Under the pieces are notes generated by a model. That model did not search any database and was not told the DNA's origin. It worked only from the letters and a program-made list of their open reading frames with translations. Made by a program: the position numbers and the translations under genes. From Candidatus Sysuiplasma jiujiangense (GTDB taxonomy: Archaea > Thermoplasmatota > Thermoplasmata > Sysuiplasmatales > Sysuiplasmataceae): DNA of 64,000 bases. Of the stretch, positions 51,135 through 61,292 are shown piece after piece (position 1 is the stretch's first letter; every line of letters begins with the position of its first letter). The stretch is from contig JAHEAD010000001.1 in NCBI GenBank assembly GCA_019721075.1, forward strand, positions 124,001 through 188,000. The letters are read 5' to 3'.

Positions 51135-51575
51135 TCAATTTGAAGGCGGCTGAACCACTACCTGCGACGGCTGCCATCTATTCCTCGTAGAGTCTCGTAT
51201 CTTCACGTATGCGATAATAAGTAATATCCCAGTTATGAAACCTCCAAACAGCAATTGCAGTATACCCAGCACAAGTGATGGTGTTTCAGCTTCTTCCACC
51301 TTTTCCTCGGCAAGATTCTTATACACAAGAAAATAATCAAGAAGTATCCATAAAAGGCCTATAAGAAAAATTATTCCAAATACGAGGCCGAAAAGGCCAA
51401 TTCCAAATCCAGAAGGACCCACAGTAGTGGTACCGCCCGGAGAGGTGGTTGTAACGGTACTGCTAAAAATCATAAGGCCCGCAATTAAAAATAGCCCTAC
51501 AACAAAGAAAACCGCCTGAAGAATCAAAGCAATTAATGTAAGCGTTTTTGCAGTGCTAGCATCACTGTCTAACAT
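51135..51575 (-). CDS. Hypothetical membrane protein (3-4 TM helices)
   Basis: Hydrophobic helices, P.LVLGILQL.FGG.I.GILLIIAYVKI. Start re-called at ATG 51575. Confidence 0.75.
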   Translation of the reverse strand: MLDSDASTAKTLTLIALILQAVFFVVGLFLIAGLMIFSSTVTTTSPGGTTTVGPSGFGIGLFGLVFGIIFLIGLLWILLDYFLVYKNLAEEKVEEAETPSLVLGILQLLFGGFITGILLIIAYVKIRDSTRNRWQPSQVVVQPPSN

Positions 51576-52510
51576 AAGAATGCATAGTTTAGAGGGAGTA
51601 TAAAAACTTCGGGTTCCGCGCCACTTTGGGACAAAATTCAAACACAAGTTATGCCGATCAGTTCCGCTTCAGAGTATGTGAGCTACTAGCACTCTCTGAT
51701 ATTGTGGACATTTGGCTTAAGAAATTCTTCGATCCCCTTTCTTCCTGGCAGCTTCTTCAATATCTTTGCAGGATGGTTGTCTTCAGTAGGTACATTGCAG
51801 ATTACAGGTTCGAACAAATTTGGCAGATGTTTGGTCACTGCTGCGAGTCGAGTACGGGCGCCTGCCTGCTTGATGTGCGCCCGTGATGGAATCCCCTTGA
51901 CTCCTGAATGTGGAGTTTGATTTCGAAAGCATGACGTCACGCTATACTGTTGGGTGACCACACAGGTCGTCCTGGCTGCATATAGGACGTTGCCGGGCGT
52001 GTCGTCCATCGGCGTGAAGTTAATTATCACCATGCCCTTGAGTGTTAGCAAAACGTGAAAATTCCACCGTGCTGTGATCGTCTGTTGATGTGAACATACG
52101 TCAATTCACACGCATACCGCATTCGCGAGCTACCTGGTGGAGTTGAGCGGGTCGGCAATATCATTGAGCTGTGCAATATCGCATGATGCTGATTCTATAA
52201 ACTTGTCCGGGATTTCACCGTATGCACATATATGCCACGTCCCGACAGATGGTGCTATATACCTTGGTTCATTCAAACAGGATGCTCAGCTTTACTTTTA
52301 TCACTGCCCTTTTTCGATCGAATGAGAAATGCGCAACTCCCTTTTTCTGCTCAATGAATGATTCATTCACAGACGTTACTTTTCGAGAACATTCGTATGC
52401 TCATATCCACCATGGCATCCCAGTGGTTTAGCAGATACATGGGAATTTCTGTCCAAAGGCAGCGTATGTAGTTAAATTTATATAGAAGTGCTAACATAAG
52501 ATATCATTCG

Positions 52511-53023
52511 GTGATAAATTTGGTTGACAACAGCACAGTAATTAAGGCGTATCCGAGAAAGAGCGGGTTGAGAACTAGAAACTTCGACGATTTCTTTGAG
52601 GACATGCCGAGAACATTCGCAGAATGGATGAGACCGTTCTTCAGGGACTTTCCGTCGCTTGGTTTCTTTGAGCCCTGGACTTCGGAGAATAGTATGGTGC
52701 CCTACATGGATATTCAGGAAGCCGACAAGGAATACAATGTTACGGTAGATCTTCCGGGTGTGATGAAGGAGGACATTGAAGTAAAGGTAACAGAGGACAA
52801 CACCATAGAGATAACAGGGAAAAGAAACGAGAAGAAAGAAGAAAGAAACGCAAACTACCTCAGACAGGAGCGAAGCAGTTATAACTTCCACAGAAGTTTC
52901 TCACTGCCTGAAGAGATTGACGGTGAAAAGGTTGAGGCAAAAGTCGAAAATGGTGTTCTGTTTCTAAGGTTGCCTAAAAAGGAAGAGGCTGCGAGAAAAG
53001 TGAAGAAAGTGGAAATCAAATAA
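52511..53023 (+). CDS. hsp20: Small heat-shock protein Hsp20
   Basis: PYMDI.E, VDLPGV.KEDI.V, ER....F.RSF.LPE, A..ENGVL...LPK. Confidence 0.93.
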   Translation: MINLVDNSTVIKAYPRKSGLRTRNFDDFFEDMPRTFAEWMRPFFRDFPSLGFFEPWTSENSMVPYMDIQEADKEYNVTVDLPGVMKEDIEVKVTEDNTIEITGKRNEKKEERNANYLRQERSSYNFHRSFSLPEEIDGEKVEAKVENGVLFLRLPKKEEAARKVKKVEIK

Positions 53024-53061
53024 ACTAAAAACCTTTTCTACTATTTATTCCAATAATTATT

Positions 53062-55263
53062 CTGGAGATTGATGGAACGTCAGGAAAGGGAGACAGATTT
53101 TTAAAGGTTGTCGAATCTAAACCAAAAGACGTTGGCAGAGGAATCGCCCGCATAGATCCTGCAGTAATAGAAATTCTTGGAATTCAGGTAGGAGACGTCG
53201 TTCAGATTGAGGGCAAGAAGAGCACTGTTGCAATCGTATGGCCCGGTTACCCTGAAGATACCAACAGGGGAATAGTCAGAATTGACGGAAGCACCAGGAG
53301 AAATGCGGGAGCAACAATAGACGATAAGGTTTCAGTCCAGAAAGTTTCTGCCAAGAGAGCGTCAAGGCTGACTCTTGCACCAACTGAGCCCTTAAGGATA
53401 ATGGGAGGCGATGAATATCTCTCCCAGATACTGGAAGAACGAGCTGTTACAAAAGGAGATATCATTGAGATAAACATAATGGGGAGAAAGGTAGATCTAG
53501 TCATCCTGTCGTTCCAGCCTCCTGCAGAGGCTGTAATTGTCGACAGGGAAAGCGAAATAAAACTCAGTGAAAAACCGGTAAAGGAGGAGCTGGCAAAGCT
53601 TCCCAGAGTAACATATGAAGATATAGGCGGCCTCAAGGATGAGGTCAAGAAGGTCAGGGAGATGATAGAACTCCCGCTGAAACATCCTGAGCTGTTCGAG
53701 AGACTTGGAGTTGAGGCACCGAAGGGCGTTCTACTGCACGGTCCCCCAGGAACGGGAAAAACACTGCTGGCGAAGGCCGTAGTGAGTGAGACTAACGCGA
53801 ACTTTCTCAGCATTACCGGCCCGGAGATAATGAGCAAATTCTATGGCGAGAGTGAGGAACGGCTGCGTGAGATATTCAAGCAGGCTGAGGAGAATGCCCC
53901 GAGCATCATATTCATCGATGAGATAGACAGCATTGCACCCAAGAGAGACGAAGTTACAGGCGAGACGGAGAGGAGAGTGGTTGCCCAGCTGCTCGCACTC
54001 ATGGACGGGCTGGAGAGCAGAGGCAAGGTCGTCGTAATAGGGGCAACGAACAGGCCCAACGCAATCGACGCAGCACTGAGGAGACCGGGCCGTTTTGACA
54101 GGGAGATAGAAATAAACATACCAGACAGAACAGGCAGGGCAGAGATACTCAGCATTCATACCAGAGGTATGCCGCTTGACAAGGATGTCGATCTCGAGCA
54201 GATAGCCGATCTGACGCATGGTTACGCTGGAGCAGATGTGTCTGCACTTACAAAGGAGGCAGCAATGAGGGCGCTGAGGAGGATTATGCCACACCTTGAC
54301 TTGGAGCTGGACGCGATACCGGCAGAAATACTCAACACCATGAATGTTACGCAGAGCGATTTTTTTGCTGCACTGAAAGATCTGCAGCCGTCCTCAATGA
54401 GAGAGGTTCTCATTGAAAAGCCCAACGTACACTGGAGTGACATTGGCGGACTGCAATCCGCTAAACAGGAATTGAAAGAGGCCGTCGAATGGCCACTGAA
54501 ATATGCTTCACTGTTCTATCAGGTGAAGGCACGGACTCCGAGAGGCGTACTAATGTATGGTCCTCCGGGTACCGGGAAGACAATGCTGGCAAAGGCGGTT
54601 GCGACAGAAAGTCAGGCTAACTTCATCAATGTGAAGGGACCGGAATTCCTCAGCAAGTGGGTGGGTGAAAGCGAGAAGGCAGTCAGGGAAATTTTCAGAA
54701 AGGCAAGACAGGCCTCACCCTGTATTATTTTTATTGATGAAATAGACAGCATAGTTCCAAAGAGAGGGGGAGATGGAGATAACAGGGTGACTGAAAGGAT
54801 AATAAGCCAGATGCTCACAGAGATGGACGGACTGGAATCGCTTCACAATGTTGTTGTGATAGCGGCGACAAACAGGCCCGATCTTATAGATGACGCAGTT
54901 CTGCGGCCCGGGCGTTTCGACAGGGTGGTGTCGATACCGCTTCCCGACGAAGAAGCCAGAAAAGAGATAATAAGAATACAGACAAGAGAGATGCCGCTTG
55001 AGAAGGATGTGGATTTAGATGAGCTTGCGGCAAAGACAGACGGCTTTACAGGAGCAGACGTTTCAGGACTGTGCAATGAGGCAGCATTATTGAGAATAAG
55101 GAGATATGTAGAATCTGGAGGAAAACTTACAGAATCGTCTATAAAGGAACTCAAGATTGCCATGAATGACTTCAAAGCTGCAACAGAAAAGATAAGACCG
55201 ACGTCCAGAATAGAGCTCGACAAGTACGTTAAGATTGCCAGGGAGTTCCAGTATGTGGGGTAA
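53062..55263 (+). CDS. cdc48: Cdc48/VAT AAA+ ATPase; start uncertain (CTG 53062, or ATG 53072 plus a frameshift)
   Basis: In-frame upstream [21 protein letters not shown]-domain. Two AAA modules ([24 protein letters not shown]). Confidence 0.93.
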   Translation: MEIDGTSGKGDRFLKVVESKPKDVGRGIARIDPAVIEILGIQVGDVVQIEGKKSTVAIVWPGYPEDTNRGIVRIDGSTRRNAGATIDDKVSVQKVSAKRASRLTLAPTEPLRIMGGDEYLSQILEERAVTKGDIIEINIMGRKVDLVILSFQPPAEAVIVDRESEIKLSEKPVKEELAKLPRVTYEDIGGLKDEVKKVREMIELPLKHPELFERLGVEAPKGVLLHGPPGTGKTLLAKAVVSETNANFLSITGPEIMSKFYGESEERLREIFKQAEENAPSIIFIDEIDSIAPKRDEVTGETERRVVAQLLALMDGLESRGKVVVIGATNRPNAIDAALRRPGRFDREIEINIPDRTGRAEILSIHTRGMPLDKDVDLEQIADLTHGYAGADVSALTKEAAMRALRRIMPHLDLELDAIPAEILNTMNVTQSDFFAALKDLQPSSMREVLIEKPNVHWSDIGGLQSAKQELKEAVEWPLKYASLFYQVKARTPRGVLMYGPPGTGKTMLAKAVATESQANFINVKGPEFLSKWVGESEKAVREIFRKARQASPCIIFIDEIDSIVPKRGGDGDNRVTERIISQMLTEMDGLESLHNVVVIAATNRPDLIDDAVLRPGRFDRVVSIPLPDEEARKEIIRIQTREMPLEKDVDLDELAAKTDGFTGADVSGLCNEAALLRIRRYVESGGKLTESSIKELKIAMNDFKAATEKIRPTSRIELDKYVKIAREFQYVG

Positions 55264-55265
55264 TT

Positions 55266-56252
55266 ATGCCTAGGTCACAGGGAGTTCCAAAGAGAGATGA
55301 AATCATAGCACTCACAGCAGAAGTGCTTGCAAAAGCCGGATTCTACCTGGCAGAGTGCACTGGCCTCAGGAGCATAACCTTTGATATTGTTGCCAGGAGG
55401 GACAGGGACCTGCTGCTTATCAAAATACTCAGGAACGTAGACGGTTTCAGCAGGGAAAATGCAGTGGAGATGAAAAGAGTAGCCAATGCACTTGATGGAA
55501 AACCAATAATTATCGGCCTGCATTCAGGAGGAGGATTGCTCGAAGACGGTATAGTCTATACTCGATTTGACATACCGATAATAACTCCTTCCACTCTTGA
55601 AGATGAATTTCTTGAAGGCATACCACCCTTCATAATGGCCGAACCAGGGGGACTCTATGTCAGGATTGACGGGGACATGCTCAGGACAATGAGGGAGGAG
55701 ATGAATATTTCACTGGGCGCTCTCTCCGAGATTGCAGGTGTTTCGAGGAGAGCCATTCAGATGTATGAAAGCGGAATGAAAGCCATGATTGACGTTGCCC
55801 AGCGGCTGGAAGATTTCTTTGACAGACCGTTCGTGTTGCCTTTTGAAGACTGGAGAATTAACGAGGAGGGGCAGAGGGACGAATGGGACAGGGAATTTGA
55901 CAAATTCACAGGATTCGACGGAACAGTATACAAGATGCTTTCAGAAATTGGCTATTCAGTCCTTCCAACCAGACACTCAGTATTCGACGCACTGACAAGG
56001 GACAGCAGAAGCGTCTTTATTGCATGGCTCGGAAGCGGAATAGAAGAATTCAGGGACAAACTCAGCGTCCTTGACAACATTATGAGAATCACAGAGAAGG
56101 ATGCGCTGATATTTGTCGAACATAACACTGAAAAGGTTGAATTGAAAGGTATTCCTGTTGTTGACAGGGAGTATCTTATGACACTCCAGTTTCCTGAAGA
56201 GCTTGCAGCCTATGCACAGGATAAGAGAAATACAAAAATGAGTTCTCCATAG
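55266..56252 (+). CDS. Archaeal HTH-type regulator with nuclease-like N-domain (COG1395-like)
   Basis: FDIVARR...LLLIKIL.NVDG, LEDGIVY.R, AEPGGLYVRIDG, SLGAL....GVSRRAIQMYE.G. Confidence 0.82.
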   Translation: MPRSQGVPKRDEIIALTAEVLAKAGFYLAECTGLRSITFDIVARRDRDLLLIKILRNVDGFSRENAVEMKRVANALDGKPIIIGLHSGGGLLEDGIVYTRFDIPIITPSTLEDEFLEGIPPFIMAEPGGLYVRIDGDMLRTMREEMNISLGALSEIAGVSRRAIQMYESGMKAMIDVAQRLEDFFDRPFVLPFEDWRINEEGQRDEWDREFDKFTGFDGTVYKMLSEIGYSVLPTRHSVFDALTRDSRSVFIAWLGSGIEEFRDKLSVLDNIMRITEKDALIFVEHNTEKVELKGIPVVDREYLMTLQFPEELAAYAQDKRNTKMSSP

Positions 56253-56257
56253 CTACA

Positions 56258-56908
56258 ATGCAGATGGCACAGCGGGAGCTCGTACTGGACAGATCGCAGG
56301 TCAGACTGATACTAGTAGGTGTAATCAGCGGTCTGACTTCTGAAGTGGAGATAGTCAGGAGTGCGGTAGAGCGGTACAGGCCCTCTGCCATAGGTCTTTC
56401 AATTACCGGAGAAGAAATTGAAGGAATTAGAAAATGGAATGGCAATGAAAATGCGGAATTGCCTCCTTATTCAGATTTCGACAGATTCTACATAAGGGAG
56501 ATGTCTAGATTTGGCGAAGTACGGTTACCTTCACCACCGCTGGCGTTCTTAATCGAATTCGCAGGTAAAGCACGATTGCCTGTCTTTCCACTCGACATGG
56601 ACGAGGAAGAATACTCAGCTACCTATCTGAAATATGTTTCACCTGCATCGCTCTTCTTCAGTTCTCTCTTCAGGTCCAGGAGGAGGAGAAGGAACTTAAG
56701 AGGAACCGCAGAGGAAGTCGCATGTGAAATCGATAGGATAAGCATGCATCCGAAAGGAGTGGAAATCGTTGAACTCGAGAGAGACAGATACATATCACGA
56801 AAAATCCTATCCCTTGCAATGGAGAACACTCCATTTATGGCGATAATCAATTATGAAAGACTGTCACGAATACTCAGCTTCCTGAAAGAGTCCGGGGAGC
56901 ATTTCTGA
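56258..56908 (+). CDS. Hypothetical protein (possibly TraB-like fold)
   Basis: 216-aa ORF 5 bp after the previous gene; no family motif I can name with certainty. Confidence 0.7.
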   Translation: MQMAQRELVLDRSQVRLILVGVISGLTSEVEIVRSAVERYRPSAIGLSITGEEIEGIRKWNGNENAELPPYSDFDRFYIREMSRFGEVRLPSPPLAFLIEFAGKARLPVFPLDMDEEEYSATYLKYVSPASLFFSSLFRSRRRRRNLRGTAEEVACEIDRISMHPKGVEIVELERDRYISRKILSLAMENTPFMAIINYERLSRILSFLKESGEHF

Positions 56909-57633
56909 TAGCAGTCGTATTGATTTTATGCAATGTATGCAATGGGATGGTTATAATCCAATAATACCGGCTTGATGTTGAGTTTCCTGAATCTTACGCC
57001 TCACGGCAGGGCCTCGATCCCCGAACTTCGGCACATTTGTCTATTGAGAAGGCAGACGACACCTGCACTATTCAATCCTGCAGATATGAACCTTATTCGT
57101 CAAGCATGTCCCTTTCCCTTTGACCCTCTTTACACTTACAGATGCATGCTTCCCTTTTAAAGACACGCCAGCGTATCTGAGACACCAGCTGAAGCTCCCA
57201 TTATATCCGAAATATGTGGCCAATTTTTGAACAAGTCAGCCTCAATTCACCCTCTTGCTGTTGTTTTTTGTTCGCCGTTTTTTTTTGCAGCGTGATTACG
57301 ATCGCTGGTAATTATATAGGTATCCTCAACCGGATAGTTATGAAAAATCCATCATCATTTCAATTTTCAATGCCCAAACTGCAGTATTCTGACCTGATTT
57401 CTCTAATGCTGGCGACATACATACGATAAATTCCGCAAAAAACCATTTCTTTTCAATCGAAAAGGAAAAGGATGGTCGATAGACAAATACTGGTTAATTT
57501 ACAATGGCAGGTGAAATAATGTCATCATCTACTAATAGGATGAGATTTACTAACTATCAAATAGACCGTAAAGTTGAATAGAACCAACCAGATGTTATTC
57601 AAACAGGCTGGAATCGAGGCAGTGGATTGAAAA

Positions 57634-59253
57634 ATGGTCGATGAGCAGAATACAAAGAATCCAAAAAAGGAATGCTACAATTGCTGGAGACTCATTCCTG
57701 AAGATGCAAAATTCTGCCCTTTCTGCGGTTTTGATCAGATTGAGAAGGCAGGCTTCAAACTCATATCCGAGCAGAAAGGTGTTGCAAATGCAGTTAATTC
57801 AAATGATGCGGCTCACCAGGTGCCCCAGGCAGGTGTTTCAGGTTCATTTACATCCAACAACTATTACCCCCCCGCTCAATACAATCGATACACGCAGATT
57901 AGAACAGATGCTGGATGGGGGCAGATGCCGAGGTACCATCCGGCTGCACTGAATAAACACACTTCCTGGGTAGATATCGCAAGAGTCATAGGAGCGTTTG
58001 GCGCGCTTATTTATGTTGTAGCTCTCGTGATAGAGATCGCGGCGGTCTACCTTTACACTGAATACATACCATCTATGGCTGCATATCCGCAGCCCTTTCC
58101 CTTCTATTTCGTAATACCTCCTTTTCCGACTCTCCTGATTAATGGAGTTTATTCCACGGGTTACTACATAGTGTATCCGGTAATCGCCATAATCGCTACA
58201 CTTTGCGTCATCTATTTACTCAGAGTATCAGGTCATTTCAAAAAGGAGATATCGCTTGGCTTCAGGGGATATGCAAAGAGCACGCTTTTCCTGATAGCCG
58301 GTCTGTTCATGGCCTATTTTTTTATGAGTTACGTCCTCGCAATAGCCGCCGAAGCACTTGGCCAAACCCTGCCTACTCCTGATTTTGGCGCCCTGCCGAA
58401 CTATATGCTGATATTTGATTTTGTTTTTGCACCAATATGGGAGGAAACAGTCTACAGGATGATGCTCATAGGAATACCTCTTCTCATCTACTCTTTAGCA
58501 ACTGGTAAAAGAAACAACAGGAAATTCTGGAGGTTTCTGGCTGGGGGTAACATACAGATTACGAAACCTGTGATAGTGCTCATGCTTCTATCCTCCACAA
58601 TATTCGGAGTTGCACACTGGAGTTCCGGTTCAGGATGGGGGCTCTGGAAGATCTTCCCTGCCTTTGTGGCAGGGCTGATGCTGTCATATTTGTTTGTCAA
58701 GAAGGGACTTTGGGCAAGTATGCTTTTTCATTTCAGTGTGGATGCAACAGGCATAGTAACATCTCCTGCAAACAATAATGTCTTGCTGAACTCTGCATTC
58801 GACGGTTTCTTCTTGATATGGGTTGCGATCGGGCTCATCTTTTTTATTTACTGGATTTTAATTGTCTATGGGTTCGCAAGGGGGAAGAGCGCGTTGCCCA
58901 TGTCTGTGTCGCTGAGGTACACTTCAACGACAGTTTCATCTGAAACCGAAAATTCTTCACCTGCGATGAGAAATGCGACCGTATCCGATCAGAGAATTTC
59001 CGGCATTACGGGAGAAGAAAGAGTTTCACCTTACCCGGGCGGCAATCAATACAGCAGACAATTCTTGGAAGGAGGACAGAGACCGCACGGAACACAGGAT
59101 GTACACAATGTAGAGCAGTTCGGGGGAAGAATTCCGGGTGTTCCCGGCGAGCCTGCATTCGGATATAGCTGCTCCAGTTGCGGCGGACTCGAGGCAAAAT
59201 ATGAAAATGGAAAATTCGTCTGCGTCTACTGCGGGCACGAATCTGACAGGTAA
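57634..59253 (+). CDS. CPBP (CAAX/Abi) family intramembrane protease with N- and C-terminal zinc ribbons
   Basis: APIWEETVYR, FGVAH, HFSVD; CYNC...CPFCG at the N-terminus; CSSCG...CVYCG at the C-terminus. Confidence 0.82.
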   Translation: MVDEQNTKNPKKECYNCWRLIPEDAKFCPFCGFDQIEKAGFKLISEQKGVANAVNSNDAAHQVPQAGVSGSFTSNNYYPPAQYNRYTQIRTDAGWGQMPRYHPAALNKHTSWVDIARVIGAFGALIYVVALVIEIAAVYLYTEYIPSMAAYPQPFPFYFVIPPFPTLLINGVYSTGYYIVYPVIAIIATLCVIYLLRVSGHFKKEISLGFRGYAKSTLFLIAGLFMAYFFMSYVLAIAAEALGQTLPTPDFGALPNYMLIFDFVFAPIWEETVYRMMLIGIPLLIYSLATGKRNNRKFWRFLAGGNIQITKPVIVLMLLSSTIFGVAHWSSGSGWGLWKIFPAFVAGLMLSYLFVKKGLWASMLFHFSVDATGIVTSPANNNVLLNSAFDGFFLIWVAIGLIFFIYWILIVYGFARGKSALPMSVSLRYTSTTVSSETENSSPAMRNATVSDQRISGITGEERVSPYPGGNQYSRQFLEGGQRPHGTQDVHNVEQFGGRIPGVPGEPAFGYSCSSCGGLEAKYENGKFVCVYCGHESDR

Positions 59254-59256
59254 TCG

Positions 59257-60015
59257 TCAAGGTTTTGACAGGTATTCCTTACCGCTGATAGCTTCTTTGA
59301 TGTTTTTCGCCTCTATTACTACAGGGACTTCAAGCTGGAGCGCAACCTTCATCATCTCCCCCACTGGAAGAACGCCCTTTCCGATTTGAAGGTGAGAATC
59401 AGTTTTCCCGTCATTATCACTGATGTCGACCATTTTGATGACGTTCCTGAACCTAAGAAAGGAGGTATAATCTCCATCCATAGCCGCGTGGGAAATGTCG
59501 TAACAGAACTCCGCCTGAGTTCCAGAAATAAGCTTCGCCAAGTCGGATGGTGAAGAACATGCAGCGGCACTGGTTGAAGGCATGTTCTCTACCATAAGTA
59601 CGGAATTAAGATTTCTAGCTAAAGTCGACAGCGCTGTGATTGCTTCTCTTGAGAGCAACATAGCTCTCTCCTTATCATGCATCGAAAGCACTGAAAAAAT
59701 TCCCGGATGTATCACAAATTCCTTAACTCCAAGGTCGGAGAATCTTCGAATATTTTCAGCACAATCGTTTATTGAAGCCATCCTGATACTTCTGTTCAGA
59801 CTCGCGACATTGACGTCGTTGAAAGGCAGATGTACCGAATACTTCAATTCATACGAATTTGAAATATCGGAAAATTCGCCTGCTATGTTTGAAGCAGAAT
59901 GCTTGCCTTCTGCAATTATCTGCCATCCGTCAAAGTGATCAGATAATTCATCCATGAATTCACCGAGGTGCAGAAAGCAGAGGGAGGGAGAAGATAAGTG
60001 AAAGCTGGTGCTCAA
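59257..60015 (-). CDS. Xylose isomerase/AP endonuclease 2-like TIM-barrel protein
   Basis: SVHLPFNDVN.AS, VIHPG, VENMP, YDISHA, SDNDG..D.HL.IG.G, VIEA. Confidence 0.82.
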   Translation of the reverse strand: MSTSFHLSSPSLCFLHLGEFMDELSDHFDGWQIIAEGKHSASNIAGEFSDISNSYELKYSVHLPFNDVNVASLNRSIRMASINDCAENIRRFSDLGVKEFVIHPGIFSVLSMHDKERAMLLSREAITALSTLARNLNSVLMVENMPSTSAAACSSPSDLAKLISGTQAEFCYDISHAAMDGDYTSFLRFRNVIKMVDISDNDGKTDSHLQIGKGVLPVGEMMKVALQLEVPVVIEAKNIKEAISGKEYLSKP

Positions 60016-60488
60016 AGCATTCCTCCCCGATCTTTTGAATTCACTGGATCAGCCTCCTTCCCCCTTCCTGATAAATTTCCCTGTATACCAAGCAGTTTTT
60101 CAAAGTAGAGAAGAGGATAATCAATATTGCCGCTAAACAGTATTTCTCCCAGGGGCTTAGGCTCATCCACTGTGTTAACTTTCCCGGCAAAGGCTGCCTG
60201 TTTATTGAGAAGTATTGAAAAACCTGAGTTAGTACAGTTCCTTTTGATTTCTTCGACGAATGAATACCGGATCTTCTGCTCGGTAACAAGCTGGATCAAA
60301 TTCTGTACGTCGGTTACTTCCCCTCTGATAATATTGCCGTCGGTAATCAGCTCGACACTGGGAAAAATAGAGAGAATTGCTGTTTTTATCTTTTCCACAT
60401 CTTCGGTTGGATAGGCTTCAGCACTAACAGCGAATTTCACCAATTTGACACCACATGCCATGTCAACGAACTTGTTTGCAATAAACAT
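60012..60488 (-). CDS. UPF0201 (COG1931) predicted RNA-binding protein
   Basis: YPTED.EK...AI..IFP, EQKI, LNKQAAFAGKVN, PLG.I. The true start is probably GTG 60440. Confidence 0.8.
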   Translation of the reverse strand: MFIANKFVDMACGVKLVKFAVSAEAYPTEDVEKIKTAILSIFPSVELITDGNIIRGEVTDVQNLIQLVTEQKIRYSFVEEIKRNCTNSGFSILLNKQAAFAGKVNTVDEPKPLGEILFSGNIDYPLLYFEKLLGIQGNLSGRGKEADPVNSKDRGGML

Positions 60489-61292
60489 TACCAGTCACTG
60501 TCATGAAAATTTGTGATAATAGTGCCAACACTTCTAAAGGGTTATAGGGACTGACGGCCCGTAATCCATATTCCAGCATGTGTGCAGGCTCTTACCTGGA
60601 TGTCTGTGAGGGGCAGTTTTCAGGACATGTGGATGACGGCCCATTACAACATGAATCTGCCTGCATCGTAACCGGCATAACCCTTCTACGGAAAAAAGGT
60701 GCCGTAAAGAGTGTTTGCCGTTGATTGGTTCTCCACTATTTGCAACATGCATAGCGAGGAGAAAGATAAGCATGTTGCCGGTTCGCGCATCCATACCCCA
60801 GCGTAAAGTGCCAAGTACAGAGACGCTCCGGCATTTCCAAGGTGTACACATCAACCGACGGTAAAACAGGCTGTTTGAAATAATCACGGACGAGGCAATC
60901 GAAGAAGTAAAATCAGCGTAACCAAGAACAGGTTAACGGTGTGCCTGTGACAGAACACCCGTCCATACCCGTCAACGCCTTGAAAGACGACACCGGTGCG
61001 AAATATAACCGAGCGTTACAAGGATCAGAGGATAGAAACTGGATAACGTAAACGACATTGAACACGGTCTTCAGATGGCGGAGAAGACCGTTCCTACATA
61101 AAATAGGCAGGAATTAAGGACACCTATACGGATGGCTGCTTCGAAACACACAGGAAACACATGGCATCTGAATATCGGCGGCATAACGCCGCAGTATTTG
61201 TATAGCTTCTTGGTACAATTCATTTATAATCATGTTTATATTCAATTGCAGTTACAAAAATTATATAGCTAGGCAGATAATTCCGTTCAGCG

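Noticed and set aside
51650..52480. ORFs 51686-52051 and 52137-52431 as genes or transposon remnants
   Set aside because: No family motif or convincing start signals that I can identify.
56910..57630. 700-bp intergenic region as an ncRNA or small genes
   Set aside because: No clear structure or coding signal by eye; needs RNA-seq or Infernal.
60500..61270. Possible TnpB or other IS remnant left of the IS66
   Set aside because: Could not recover RuvC, zinc-finger or DDE motifs in any frame.
61277..61291. Left terminal inverted repeat of the IS66 (ATAATTCCGTTCAGC)
   Set aside because: Loosely resembles an IS66-type end, but no matching right-end copy was found.
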